NCBI RefSeq assembly: GCF_018350175.1
Contig: NC_058368.1
Span: 44,146,001 to 44,210,000, forward strand
Source of the DNA: Felis catus
Lineage: Eukaryota
Direction of reading: 5' to 3'
DNA length: 64,000 nt
The stretch's first letter is position 1. Every line of letters starts with the position of its first letter. The position numbers and the translations under genes were made by a program. This document shows positions 11,641-23,364 of this stretch, piece after piece. Below the pieces are notes generated by a model that worked only from the letters and a program-made list of their open reading frames with translations, did no database searches and was not told the DNA's origin.

Positions 11641-12974
11641 TATTTGCACATCTTCTATTTCGCCCCTTTTTGTTGAAATAGGCCCCAATATTCTGGTTAA
11701 AGTTAAACTCTGGAAATTTTAATCAATTTTCAATTAATGTTTTCTAACTTAAAATTTACATCATATTTTTAAAAATCAATGATAACTTAAGTATATGGAA
11801 GTTATAATAAAAGTAGTAGGAGTAGAAATGGCGCTTATACTGGCAATAGTTTGTCATATAAAGTGAGTTTTATCACCTATCCAATATTACTTTTTCAACT
11901 ACATTATGGACCCCTAGTAACAATAAAAAAAATGAAAATTAACTGAGATAATGAGCATGATTTTTCAAGGGACAAATATTTCATGGGGATTTAGAGAAGA
12001 GCTAGTAGGGAATTTGTAATCCTAGTGAGTATTTCTTTTAAATGATAGTTTTAATACAACTTCCCACTGGAGTTTCAGTAGTCTTAACTTATACTACTTC
12101 AAAACTCTAGATTTTTTTTTCAGAATAAAAAAAAATGTTGGTTCAAATAGATTCACACAAATTAAAAAAAAATGTTGGTTCAAACAAATGTACAGTTTTT
12201 ATGGCACCATAAATCAACCACCAGGTGTTGAGGGACTAGATACCCACTCTGCTCAGAGGAGATGCTGAGACAGCTTAAGTTCATAAGTTGAGTCATGGAA
12301 GAATGCGTAAAGATTAAATATGACATTGAATTTTTAAAAACCGTAAAATAAAGTCTCAGATCAGATGATTAAAACAAGCCCATGGTAATTATTACAATTT
12401 CAAGCAAATGCTCATTTAATTGTGCCATAATTTTTTCAAGAAAGCTTTTCTAACACTCTACCCAATTGGAGGGAAAATAGCACCACATTAAAAATTTTTT
12501 TCTTTAACATGGATTTTCTATTAAAAAATATATTTTTTAATGGGCCTGCTTGAGAAAAGTAATACAACTAGGATATCTAACACTGCTTGATATATTATAC
12601 CTCTGTAAGATTCTTTTGGAGAAAACAAACCAACAAACAAAAAGCAGTTAGAGCAGTTAGAGCAAGGAAGTAAACAAAGAGTATGTATAGGAAAAGACAG
12701 TATTGACAAACACTATAATCTTCTTCATGCTCCTTGCATGACTGTCGTAATTGCAAGGTAGGGTTGTCAGAGTGTTTTGCGGTTTCTTCATTTACAGAAT
12801 ATGCACATTAAATGTGAAGAGCATTGGCAGAACACTTGGTGCCTCATATTATTTTAAATTATAATGAGCAAGTTGATGTGAAAATATACAGAACAATAAA
12901 TATGTCAGTTTGCTATTCAGGAAAACCCCAAGCAATATAAAATTAACAATAATAAATGCTCAGTTTTGTTTTAT

Positions 12975-13121
12975 TTATATGTGTCAGGCATCGATTATAT
13001 CATCCACTATTACATGTCAGTTAAAATGGATTAACTGTATTAACTTTTTATCAACATGGTTATATCTCAAAAGTACTTTGCTCAGATGTGATCAGCTTGC
13101 ATAAAAAATTACATGATGTAT
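12975..13121 (-). pseudogene. Exon remnant encoding the C-terminal strands of a MAM domain
   Basis: Acceptor ttcaaactgcag. Phase 0 reads IHHVIFYAS*SHLSKVLLRYNHVDKKLIQLIHFN*HVIVDDIIDA*, comparable to the MAM consensus QVIFEA ... G-x-I-A-[VL]-D-D-I. Donor not identified. Confidence 0.55.
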
Positions 13122-14946
13122 CTGCAGTTTGAAGTATACATACACACACATTGTTTACAAAGGCCTATTCATAAAGGTATTTATGGCACATGGATCATAA
13201 AATAATGGATGGCAAAGATGCATAAAAATATCCAGAAAGCAGTATCAAGAACAGAGAAAAGAGAGAATAAAAATGCTCCAACTGTACATACTATATTTTT
13301 GCTTTTTGAAAAGTATCTGAGAGATATATTGCATGATATTAACCAATGGTATAATCTAATCTAATCTGAGTAGGTCATACAAGGTTCTATTGTTGCATTG
13401 TTCTATATTTTAAAAGGTTAATATGAAAATTCATGAAATACAGTTAAAATATGCTTAAGTAAGAAAGAGTGGGCAAAACAAAAAAATAAGAGAGATGATA
13501 GAAGATTAAGATTAGTAATCAAACTGCATATCATGAAATACTAAATACTTGCTAAAGAAGGCTTATGAATAAGGTTTGAAACACTGAAGTTTTCCCTTCA
13601 GAAAAATACAAGATTTAATTATCTATAAGATTTTACAGGAATAAAACTGAGATTTTAGGACTAGCAAAGCATTACTGGTCCTGGAACCAGAAAACTTCAC
13701 TTTTTCAAAGTAAAATAATCATAATTTTTTAATTTGGAAAATGTTTATGATAAACATGAATTACAACCCATATTTCAATTACTTTTAAAGAATGATTTTC
13801 TTACAGTTTCAACAAAATAGAGCGCTGTATCTTGTGAATTGTTCCCTTATTAATTTTCATTGTTAGTCTTTCAAAGTTGAAGACCCATGATAGTTAAATT
13901 TTCTGAAAAGCCCAAAGCCCATTTCTGAAAAGCCCAATGATCTACTATTCTGTATGTATTATTACTACTAAAGGTAGCATGGTATTTATAGAAACTTAAT
14001 AAAATACAGATTACCCAAAAGGAAAACAAAAAACTGCAAATTAACAATCTTTCTGAGATCCCTGAAAAATTTTGTAACAATTGTTTTGCTCTATGGAATA
14101 CATCATAAAATAGTTCTTATTTATGAATATATTACCATGTATAATACACACACCTTCACTCACCAGTTTCTATAATAATATATAAGAAATGTTTCAGAGA
14201 CACAAGTATTTGTATATATTCAATTATTTTAAATTTTTAAATGTTCAACATTCTGTTATTACTGAATCCTCTCCATATTATACATTATTTAATTTGTTTC
14301 AATTTTTCACTATTTTCAATACTTCCATTATGCAAATATAAAGTGAAAACATAATTGGATACACCTTTATACTAAACTCTAGAATAATGATTATATTAAA
14401 GAGTACGTACACTTTAAATAATTGGCATATCTAGAGTTGCCCTCTATAAAATTGTACTAATACACATTTTTGGCATTTTGTGATTTTGTCTCTTTTCAAA
14501 TTTGACTTTCTGGCTTTATGCAATTATCATTCTATGTTGCTAGGAGTTGCTCTTCATATATCTGCCACATTCACACCTTTACATTCCCAGGATCCACATT
14601 AGCTTTTTTCTGTACTTCCAAAAATGCCTTCAAACTGATTTTTAGTAGTTATGATAAATTGAATAAAAATGCCCTAATTAGCTGTCTGAGACTGAAAGAA
14701 ATTGTCAATTCCTTCAAAAAAGTAGTTTGCTGGGGTACCTTTTGGGTTGCATTAAATATAACAATCAATTGTGGAGAATTGATAGTTTAAAAAACCCAAC
14801 CAAAGAACACAGTATATCTCTCCGTTTATTTCTGTCTTCTTTAATTGTTTTCAGTAATATTTTTTGTTTTAGATATATTACTCTTGCAAGTATTTTATTA
14901 AATTGATGCCAGTCACTATTTGCTTCATGATACTGAGAATGTTATT

Positions 14947-15038
14947 AATTTTTTTTAGTTTAATTAATTTTTCTTAAAATTTACATCCAAGTTAGTTAGC
15001 ACATAGTGCAAAAATGATTTTAGGAGTAGATTCCTTAA
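14947..15038 (-). mobile_element. Extremely 5'-truncated carnivore L1 (about 90 bp)
   Basis: Only the L1 3' terminus is present; TSD tgagaatgttatt at 14934-14946 and 15039-15051. Confidence 0.9.
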
Positions 15039-15562
15039 TGAGAATGTTATTTTTTAATTTCAGATTCTAACTGGTCCTTGATTATTTTTAAATATAACTG
15101 TTTATTTTTTAAGTATTGGCCTATATTATGTATTCTTTACTTTCAAGATTCTGGAAGCTTTTTTTTTTTCATTAGATGTCTTAGTGATTTTTATATATGC
15201 AAACATGTCATCTAAAAATTAAGAAAAATTTATTCTACCTATGTACTGTATTCTTTATTTCTTTTCTCATGCCTTATTAGGACTTACAGTAAAATACTGA
15301 CTAGAAGTGGTAAGAGAAGATTGGTATCTTTTTTTTCTTCCCTTGGAGGAAATCATTCTATAATCATGAAGTATGATGTTATTCTTTTAATTTTAATATA
15401 TGGTTTTTAAATGATTAAGATAATTTCCTTCTCTTCCTGGGTTTCTGAAAATTTCGATTATGAATGGTGTTGAATTTTGTTAAATTTTTTTTCTGCAGTG
15501 TTGAGTGGATATGCTTTGTTTATTTTAAATTTTGTTAACATTGAGAATTATATCAGTTGATT

Positions 15563-15665
15563 AAAAAACATTTTTTAATGTTTATTTATTTTTGAGTGTT
15601 AATAAATGTTAATAAATGAGTGTTAAATAAATGTTTATTTTTGACTGTGAGCGGGGGAGGGGCAC

Positions 15666-15703
<38 letters not shown>

Positions 15704-15832
15704 AGAATCTGAAGAAGCTCCAGGCTCTGAGCTGTCAGCACAGAGACCCACATGGGCCTGAACTCAGAATCCGTGAGATCATGACCTGAGCCAAAGTCAG
15801 ATGCTTAACCGACTGAGCCACCAAGGCGCCCC
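15563..15832 (-). mobile_element. Can-SINE with a rearranged tail-proximal segment
   Basis: SINEC body with (GA)n; degenerate TSD cagttgatt/caattgatt. Confidence 0.95.
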
Positions 15833-16323
15833 AATTGATTTTAAGTGTTAACAAATTCACATTACTACCAAACCCTACTTGACTGTATTTTCCTTTTTAT
15901 GTTTGATATGATTTGTTGCTAATACTTTGCCCAGCATTTTTGAATCGATATTCCCAAAATATATAACTCCATAATTTCTTTTTTCTAATGTTTTAGATCT
16001 GCTATCAGAGTTCTGATTTTAGTTTTTGAGTTTCATTCTGAGTTTTAGAGTTTGGCATCATTATATAATTAAGAAGGCATTTTCTGATTCTCTATATGTT
16101 GACACAGTTTGAATAGGATTGAAAGTATATTTTTCATAAGACCTCACTGAGTTCTCTATTAAAATTTTCTGGGTCCAAAGTTTTCTTTATTTCAAGCTTT
16201 ATAATTAAAAGATCATTTTAAGTTAGATATGTTTATGATCTTTTTTTAATTTTTAAGCCCATTTTGGCAATTTGTGAATTTCAAGAAAGTTGACTATGTT
16301 CTATCTAAGTTTATAAATTTATT

Positions 16324-16752
16324 GGGGTGTCCGGGTAGCTCAGTCAGTTGAGCATCCAACTTGGGCTCATGTCATGATCTCGCAGTTGACGAGTTTGAGC
16401 CCCATGTTGGGCTCTGTGCTGGCAGCTAAGAGCCTGGAGCCTGCTTCGGATTCTGTGTCTCTCTTTCTCTGCCCCTCCTCTGCTCATGCTCTGTCTCCCT
16501 CTGTCTCAAAAATAAAATAAACAGGGGCGCCTGGGTGGTGCAGTCGGTTAAGCGTCTGACTTCAGCCAGGTCACGATCTCGCGGTCCGTGAGTTCGAGCC
16601 CCACGTCAGGCTCTGGGCTGATGGCTCAGAGCCTGGAGACTGTTTCCGATTCTGTGTCTCCCTTTCTCTCTGCCCCTCCCCCGTTCATGCTCTGTCTCTC
16701 TCTGTCCCAAAAATAAATAAACGTTGAAAAAAAATAAAATAAACATTAAAAA
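16324..16752 (+). mobile_element. Can-SINE (outer) with a second SINE nested in its tail
   Basis: Head ggggtgtccgggtagctcag; flanking ataaattt repeats. Confidence 0.95.
16524..16729 (+). mobile_element. Young SINEC_Fc-like element nested in the A-tail of the previous SINE
   Basis: CpG-rich head ggggcgcctgggtggtgcagtcgg; TSD aaaaataaaataaaca. Confidence 0.95.
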
Positions 16753-16878
16753 ATAAATTTCCCAATTTAGTGCAATAAAGATTTTGAATAATATATCCCT
16801 ATTATCATTTGATGTGGTAAGATCTGCACTGATACCCCTTGTTTAATCTCAATTTCATCAAATTAATTCATTTCTCTT

Positions 16879-17093
16879 AAAATTTTTTTAATGTTTATTT
16901 ATTCTTGAGAGAGAGACAGAGACAGAGTGTGAGCAGGGGAAAGGCAGAGAGAGAGGGAGACACAGATTCTGAAGCAGGGTCCAGACTTTGAGCTGTCAGC
17001 ACAGGGTGCAACGTGGGGCTAGAACCCACAAACTGTGAGATCATGACTGAGCTGAAGTTGGACGCTTAACCAACTGAGCTGCCCAGGCGCCCC
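16879..17093 (-). mobile_element. Can-SINE
   Basis: TSD attcatttctctt at 16866-16878 and 17095-17107. Confidence 0.95.
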
Positions 17094-17472
17094 TATTCAT
17101 TTCTCTTTTTAGTCTGTTAAGTCAAACTAGAGTTTCGTTTATTTTTTTAATTAATGGAAAATTTTGTTGAATTTAGCTCTTTATTTCCTCCTTCCCTCTC
17201 CTCAATACATGGGATGATGACATCAGTCCAAGGCTTTCTCTCTCTCTATTTTCATCCAACTGAGTTGGCTAAGACACCAAAAGAGGAAAATAGATGAGGT
17301 TTTTCTCTTATCACACTTAATGTACAAAAGTGTGTCCTATTCAAAGTACTTTTAAAATATTGGAAAGGAAAACAAATCTTAGATTTTTCAAAACTAATTT
17401 AAGAAAATATCACACACAAAAAAGAAAAACATTTTCAGATAAGCAAACTGAAAGCATAAAAGGCTAAAATAC

Positions 17473-18070
17473 TCAGTAGTTGAGTTAGTCTTTGGTAATC
17501 ACTCCTCAGCATCCCTAGGTCCCATCATATCTCGCTATGTATTGTTACTTCTCTTCTCATTACCTCTCCTTCATCAGAAAATAATGTAACCACCTTTACT
17601 TAACAATAAATGTCTTCTTTATTTTTAATGTTTATTTTTCAATTTATTTACAAAGTGTGAGTGGGGGAGGGGCAGAGAGAGAGAGACTCCCAAGAAGGCT
17701 CTATGCTGTCAGCACAGACAGTGCTGATCTCACAAACTGTGAGATCCTGACCTGAGCTGAAATCAAGAGTTGGCTGCTGAACCACCTGAGCCACCCAGGC
17801 ACCCAAATTTCTTCTTCTTTTAAGATATAATACAAAATGTAAAGAAATACAACCTATCTCTATCAATAAAGAGACCCAGCAAACTTAAGACACAGTCTCA
17901 AAAGTAATTATTTCACATAATAAATCCGACTGTGGGTCACTCACTACTATGGCCACTGACCATGGGTTGCTACTGTGGTTCTCTAGGATACTCCAGCCAG
18001 CATGGTCTGATAAAGGATCTTCAGTTTATATTAGCAGGTGTTGTCATTCCAGAGTACAGAGGATTGACTG
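17473..18070 (-). pseudogene. Exon remnant encoding the N-terminal two-thirds of a MAM domain, interrupted by a SINE
   Basis: Acceptor ctctttgacttgttctatag. With frameshifts (/) it reads QSILCTLE/NDNTC*Y/TEDPLSDHAGWSILENHSSNP/MVSGHSSE*PTVGFIM*..VLSLLGLFID/IGCISLHFVLYLKRRR[SINE]LLL/VKVVTLFSDEGEVMRREVTIHSEI*WDLGML. The MAM landmarks CxFE..C..W, DH[ST]..GxxM, RLxSP, CxxFxY and W appear in the right order. The 3' end is uncertain. Confidence 0.6.
17620..17804 (-). mobile_element. Can-SINE
   Basis: SINEC body; degenerate TSD aaatgtcttctt/aaatttcttctt. Confidence 0.95.
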
Positions 18071-18514
18071 CTATAGAACAAGTCAAAGAGAATATGAATG
18101 ATGGGACTTTTGGGTACTGTGAGTTGTTGGTATAATAACTTGTATAGTAAAAGGCCCATCATATATACTCCAATGCTTAATTTTTATATTTCCATTTTAA
18201 TTTCCATATTTTCAAAAAGGTGTCCCCATGTAAATGGTCTATTTGCCTGAAATAACATAATAGCTAAGAGGAAATCTATGGGTAAAATTCATTTTTAATG
18301 TGTCCTAACTGCTATATAAACAAACCAATGATCTACACCTACCCTGTTTGGATAAAATTGTCGTTATTGTCACTAAAATTGTCACTGCAGAAATTGTCAC
18401 TATTAGAATTAGGGTTTTACCAAAATTTTGCCTACTAAATTGAGTACTTAAAAAAATGTGTTATATCTTCATTAGCAAAGAATACTCGTTCCAGATAAAT
18501 AAAATGATCCATAC

Positions 18515-18602
18515 CTTGGTCGATTATTCTCAACATAGATTGCAAGATCACAAAAATTAGAATTTGGGTTCCTCGTGGTTTTATAATATATTACTGGCCA
18601 AA
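18515..18602 (-). pseudogene. Candidate 88-nt exon remnant
   Basis: Donor aag|gtatgg, weak acceptor aatatttag. Open frame WPVIYYKTTRNPNSNFCDLAIYVENNRP; retains CpGs. Confidence 0.45.
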
Positions 18603-18984
18603 CTAAATATTATTAAGGCAGCATTATATTTAAAATAATTGCTCATTTATATGTGGTAATAATGCAAAGTTATATAGTGAATTAGTTTGTACCATACTAC
18701 AGAGGAAATATAAAAAAATACTGGAAAAATGGTAACATACAAAGCATCAGATGAAGATATGGAAATCAGAAAATTCAGCATTGATTACTTGGACAGAACT
18801 TAGTTATACAAAAAAATATTAGTTGCATTATTTTACATAATCATAGGCTTTGTGGAATGTAACCATTTGTCAAAATTAGCTGTCTGAGTAAGATAAAAGA
18901 GAAGACAATTAGAGAAAAATTGTATTCTGATGACCTCAGAAGCACTAAAATTTTAAAGCCGTGTAATTATCAAGATAAAATTAC

Positions 18985-19179
18985 CTCTATATATGTGCTA
19001 ATATTAACTGAGAAATAAAAATTGTAAAGGTAATGGTAATAACTCTTAGACTTGTAAGTGTAGTTTCTTAAAATTGGTTTGTTACAGAAAATCGATTGTG
19101 CCACTGCCACTTCCAGTTAGAAAGTGATTTTCTGATCCTCCTTATACACAGCAATGTAAATTTTGTGTAGAATCCCTCA
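18985..19179 (-). pseudogene. Exon remnant encoding the N-terminal part of an Ig-like domain
   Basis: Acceptor catttttcctag and donor gag|gtaatt. Reads EGFYTKFTLLCIRRIRKSLSNWKWQWHNRFSVTNQF*ETTLTSLRVITITFTIFISQLILAHI*, with the B-strand L-x-C and C-strand W. Confidence 0.5.
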
Positions 19180-19371
19180 CTAGGAAAAATGTATTCAGAC
19201 CTCAGAATCTAGTTTTTGCCCTTGCACAAATGCAAATTGTTAATTTACAAAGCTTGAACTCAGCAGATTCTTATTTAAAATCAATAAACAATATTGTTCT
19301 TCTATGAAACCAGAAACAATGAATAAACACAACATTGGAAGAAGCATAAAACCATTGCAAAAGTCTTTACT

Positions 19372-19470
19372 TTTTCTTTCCTTCCCTCCTCCCTCCCTCC
19401 CTTCTTCCTTCCTTTCTTCCTTCCTTCCTTCCTTCCTTCCTTCCTTCCTTCCTTCCTTCTTTCCTTCCTT
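19372..19470. repeat. (TTCC)n microsatellite
   Basis: Directly visible. Confidence 0.95.
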
Positions 19471-19519
19471 TAGTTAAGATGTCATTAAAGATGATTGCAA
19501 TTTACACCTGTGTACTTAC

Positions 19520-19926
19520 AGATGAGAGTCAATTTATTTATTTATTTTAATTTTTTTTTAACGTTTATTCATTTTAGAGACAGAGACAGAGCATGAATGG
19601 GGGAAGGTCAGAGAGAGAGGGAGACACAGAATCTGAAAGAGGCTCCAGGCTCTGAGCTGTCAGCACAGAGCCCGATGTGGGGCTCGAACTCACGGACCGC
19701 GAGATCATGACCCGAGCCGAAGTCGGTCGCCCAACCGACTGAGCCACCCAGGTGCCCCCAGATGAGAGTCAATTTAGAAGTTTAAGGAATCATCACCTCA
19801 GGTCACAGATTCACACAAGCCAACCACCTAATTATGCTGTCAAGCTCTGGATTGTGTTCCATTGTCTTCATTGTCCTCAGGCTCTATGATGTGAGGTTAA
19901 GGGCACTGAGGAGTAGGGAAACAAGT
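19520..19926 (-). pseudogene. Candidate exon remnant (167 nt without the SINE)
   Basis: Acceptor atttcatttgtggtag and donor tct|gtaagt. All frames contain stops; one ends ..TSKLTLI in phase 1. The SINE sits just inside the donor. Confidence 0.35.
19537..19758 (-). mobile_element. Can-SINE (young)
   Basis: Perfect 18-bp TSD cagatgagagtcaattta at 19519-19536 and 19759-19776. Confidence 0.97.
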
Positions 19927-19954
19927 CTACCACAAATGAAATAGTCATAATCAA

Positions 19955-20880
19955 GGTACTTCCCACTATGGTGTTATGAAGAGGTTGGTGAAATCCTTTC
20001 TGTAAAAAAACTGGACCAAACTGACCAAAACTATCATTTTCAGGCTCTAGAAATAGACCAAAGGCAGATAACAAATTAAGAAATATTTATTCCTGGAAAA
20101 ATAAGAGATCTTCCTGAAAGAATAGCACTAGTCTGTGGCTTTCTTGCTGAAGGCCTTTCCTATTCCTCTATAGTTGATGTAAGCTATGGTTTTATAGGGA
20201 TGTGGATGCCACCTGCCCCCAAATAATCAGCTTTGGCCCCAGAGTGTGCAGAATGGATCTGGGGCCAGACAAAACCTCATAGCTTTGTCCTCTAATAGTG
20301 GTGAACTTGGGGAAAAACAAATTGGTACAACCTTTTATAGCCTGAGGTTGTGGTTTTGGTTGGGTATGTGCAGATAAATCAGCAATTTCACCAGGAGACC
20401 CTGAAATAAAAAAGCCATATGTTCTCCACACATACCTAGTTACTGAGAAACTGCACACATGTCTGGGAGATACCCAAGAGGATCTGGTAGAAAGTAAAGG
20501 CCTTGGAAGACTTGTTAAGTGGGCGACTTTTGAATGTGTTTCCCAGCCTACCAGGGATCAATCAGCAGAGAGTGGAAGTCTTGCAGGCTTCAGGTGTTGG
20601 AGTACCAACTGCCCAAATTGTTGACTGAACACTAAACTACATAGATACAGGAATGAGTGCTAGGAAACCAGGTCAAAAATTAAAGAATGTAAACATTAAA
20701 GAGAAGCATCCACAGGAAACAGTCCAGGAGTTCAGAGTAAAAGAGAATACGTGACCCATAGTCAGTCACTGAAATGAACTCTGAGTGGACCTAGATGTTG
20801 CCTTATAGTACAAAAGTTCACAAACGTATATTATAAATATATTCACAATGTAAGAGAAATTATGCTTAAAGCATAACTTA
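19955..20880 (+). mobile_element. Old L1 5' region (L1MC/L1MD-type 5'UTR)
   Basis: ctggaccaaactgaccaaaactatcattttcaggctctagaaatagaccaaaggcagataacaaattaagaaatatttattc. Confidence 0.7.
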
Positions 20881-21402
20881 AACATATTTTTCAAAAATTC
20901 TGCTTAAAAAAAGGTAAAAGCTGCATGAACTTTATTATACCAGTAAATGAAACGATTTTAAAATATGAATACATTTGAAAAAGCAAAAGTGATAATGAGG
21001 AGAAAAGACAATAAATATGTTTTGGATTAATAGACTATATGTTCATGTCATCTTCTAATGGCATAATATTAGATGAGACACTGGGGGGAATTTTATTTTA
21101 ATATTTTAAAATTAAATTTTAATATTTAAACTCTTCATAAGTTTTAAAAATGACTTCTAAATTATATGAAAATACCTGGTATTAAAATTAGGTCACTATA
21201 TTTATGATGATCACATTCCCATTATTTTCAGCACTAATTATATTTTATTTAAACAAATTTCTTTTTGGTTATTTTACCAAAAATTACATTCAGGGAACTT
21301 GATAAGAAATATTATATAGATTAGAACAGACACATGCCATTAAATGAAAGACTAAAAAGTAGAACAACCTCTGTGGAATTAAAATTTGAATGAGTAATTC
21401 AC

Positions 21403-21824
21403 CAGCTGTTATTATTACAGATCAAATATGTGTATTTCAGTGGAAACACTTGGGATTTCTAATTGTTCACAGTAAAATTCCATTTGATTTCCTTAATCTA
21501 TTTTTCTTCTTTGATCTCCCATAATCTGCAGTACTGTAATAGTGGCTTTTATTAATGGTAATTTTTTTCTACTGTGGGGAATTGATATCTAAACATCTGA
21601 GCTTTCATATAAGAATATAAAATTGTCACAGCTCTGAGTGCAAGCACTTTCTTTTGCATAGGTACTACTCTTAAAAATAAGGTTACAGTACTTAAAAATA
21701 CACTATTTACTTTTAAGAGATAGAGTTTCATATTTTGCCAGGACATATCTGCTTGAAATTAATTTCATCAATAATATATGTTATTGAGCCACCCATGCAT
21801 CGCTGTAGATTGTGCTTTCTAAAC
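21403..21824 (-). pseudogene. Candidate large exon remnant with an Ig-like end
   Basis: Acceptor ctttcatgcatatcag and donor ctg|gtgaat. One frame has only 4 stops in 134 codons of very AT-rich DNA and ends GNQMEFYCEQLEIPSVSTEIHI/SVIITA. Confidence 0.4.
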
Positions 21825-22097
21825 CTGATATGCATGAAAGTTTCCCAGACATTTGACTATTATTTGAATGTATGTAAAAAACAACAAAAAAGTATGAGAT
21901 CACCTATCTATCAGGAGTGAGATATACTCTGACTCACAAAGGAATCCATGAACCAAAATAATATCAAAACCTAAATAACTATTGAGGGGGGGTGAATAGA
22001 TATAATTAAAAAAATTATTTTTTCAGGCTTCCCATAATTTACATCTTTGTAGTTGGACTCTATCATTAGTCAAGTTACTACAAGGGAAGGACTTAAC

Positions 22098-22256
22098 ATT
22101 TTATTGTATTTTTTTAAAGTTTATTTGTTTATCTTGAGAGAGAGAGCGAGAGAGCACATGTGGGGGGCAGGGGAGGGGCAGGCAGAGAGAAAGAATCCCA
22201 AGCAGGCCCCACACTCTCAGCACAGAGCCCTTTGTAGGGCTAGAACCCACAAACTG
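22098..22256 (-). mobile_element. Can-SINE 3' half (head missing)
   Basis: Tail and GA tract present; the body stops at cccacaaactg where L1 sequence begins. Confidence 0.9.
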
Positions 22257-22257
22257 G

Positions 22258-23325
22258 ATTTGACCTCACCCCCACTGCAGCAACTTCATCTCTGTAGGCA
22301 AGGGAAACATAAGCAAAGGTGAACTATTTGGATCTCATCAAGATAAAAAGCTTCTGCACTGCAAACGAAACAATCAACAAAACTAAAAGGCAACATACTG
22401 GATAAAAGTCTAGTATCCAAAATCTATAAAGAACTTACCAAACTCAACACCCGAAAAACAAATAATCCAGTGAAGAAATGGGCAGAAGACGTGAACAGAC
22501 ACTTTTCCAAAGAAAGACATCCAGATGCCCAACAGACACATGAAAAGATGTTCAACGTCACTCATCATCAGGGAAATACAAATGAAAACCACACTGAGAT
22601 ACCACCTCACATTGGTCAGAGTGGCTAAAATGAACAAATCAGGAAACTACAGATGCTGGTGAGGATGTGGAGAAACAGGAACCCTCTTGCACTGTTGGTG
22701 GGAGTGCAAACTGGTGTAGCCATTCTGGAAAAAGTGTGCAGGTTCCTCAAAAAATTAAAAATAGAGCTACCCTATGACCCAGCAATAGCACTTCTAGGAA
22801 TTTACCCAAAGGATACAGGAGTGCTGATGCATAGGGGCACCTGTACCCTGATGTTTATAGCAGCACTCTCAACAATAGCCAAATTATGGAAAGAGCTTAA
22901 ATGTCCATCAGCTGATGAATGGATAAAGAAGATGTGGTTTATATATTTGATATAATACTCCTTGGCAATGATAAAAAATGAAATCATGCCATTTGCAGCA
23001 ACATGGATGGAACTGGAAGGTATTATGCTGAGTGAAATAGTCAGAGAAGGACAGATATTGTATCTTTTCACTCATATGTGGATCTTGAGAAACTGAACAG
23101 AAGACCATGAGGGAAGGGAAGGGGGAAAACAATTAGAAACAGAGAGGGAGGGAGGCAAACCACAAGAGGCTCTTAAATAAGAGAACAAATTAAGAGTTCA
23201 TGGGAGGGTGGGGGAGAGGGAAAATGGACGATGGGCATTGAGGAGAGCATTTGTTGGGATGAGCACTGGGTGTTGTATGTAAGCCAATTTGACAATAAAT
23301 TATATTAATAAAAAAATCTTAGAAA
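22258..23325 (+). mobile_element. Carnivore L1 3' end (ORF2 C-terminus, 3'UTR, A-tail)
   Basis: ORF2 remnant [36 protein letters not shown]; 3'UTR gggatgagcactgggtgttgtatgtaagccaatttgacaataaa. Confidence 0.97.
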
Positions 23326-23364
23326 ATAAAATATATGTATAGGTAAAAAAAAAAAGGAATGTAG

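Larger units (their letters stand above)
14200..17200 (-). mobile_element. Old L1 (L1M-type) ORF2 fragments with younger insertions
   Basis: gggttgcattaaatata..gaacacagtatatctctcc; gaagtatgatgtt..tatgaatggtgttgaattttgttaaa. Confidence 0.75.

Noticed and set aside
12600..12795. About 65-codon minus frame ending in a TM-like stretch YCLFLYILFVYFLALTALTAFCLLVCFL
   Set aside because: The hydrophobic part looks like a branch point plus pyrimidine tract (ctaac..tttgttttctcc), and a TM here would conflict with the downstream Ig exon. Flanking pieces may still be exon remnants, but I could not define them.
17932..18135. Plus-strand 67-aa ORF
   Set aside because: Better explained as the antisense of the minus-strand MAM exon remnant.
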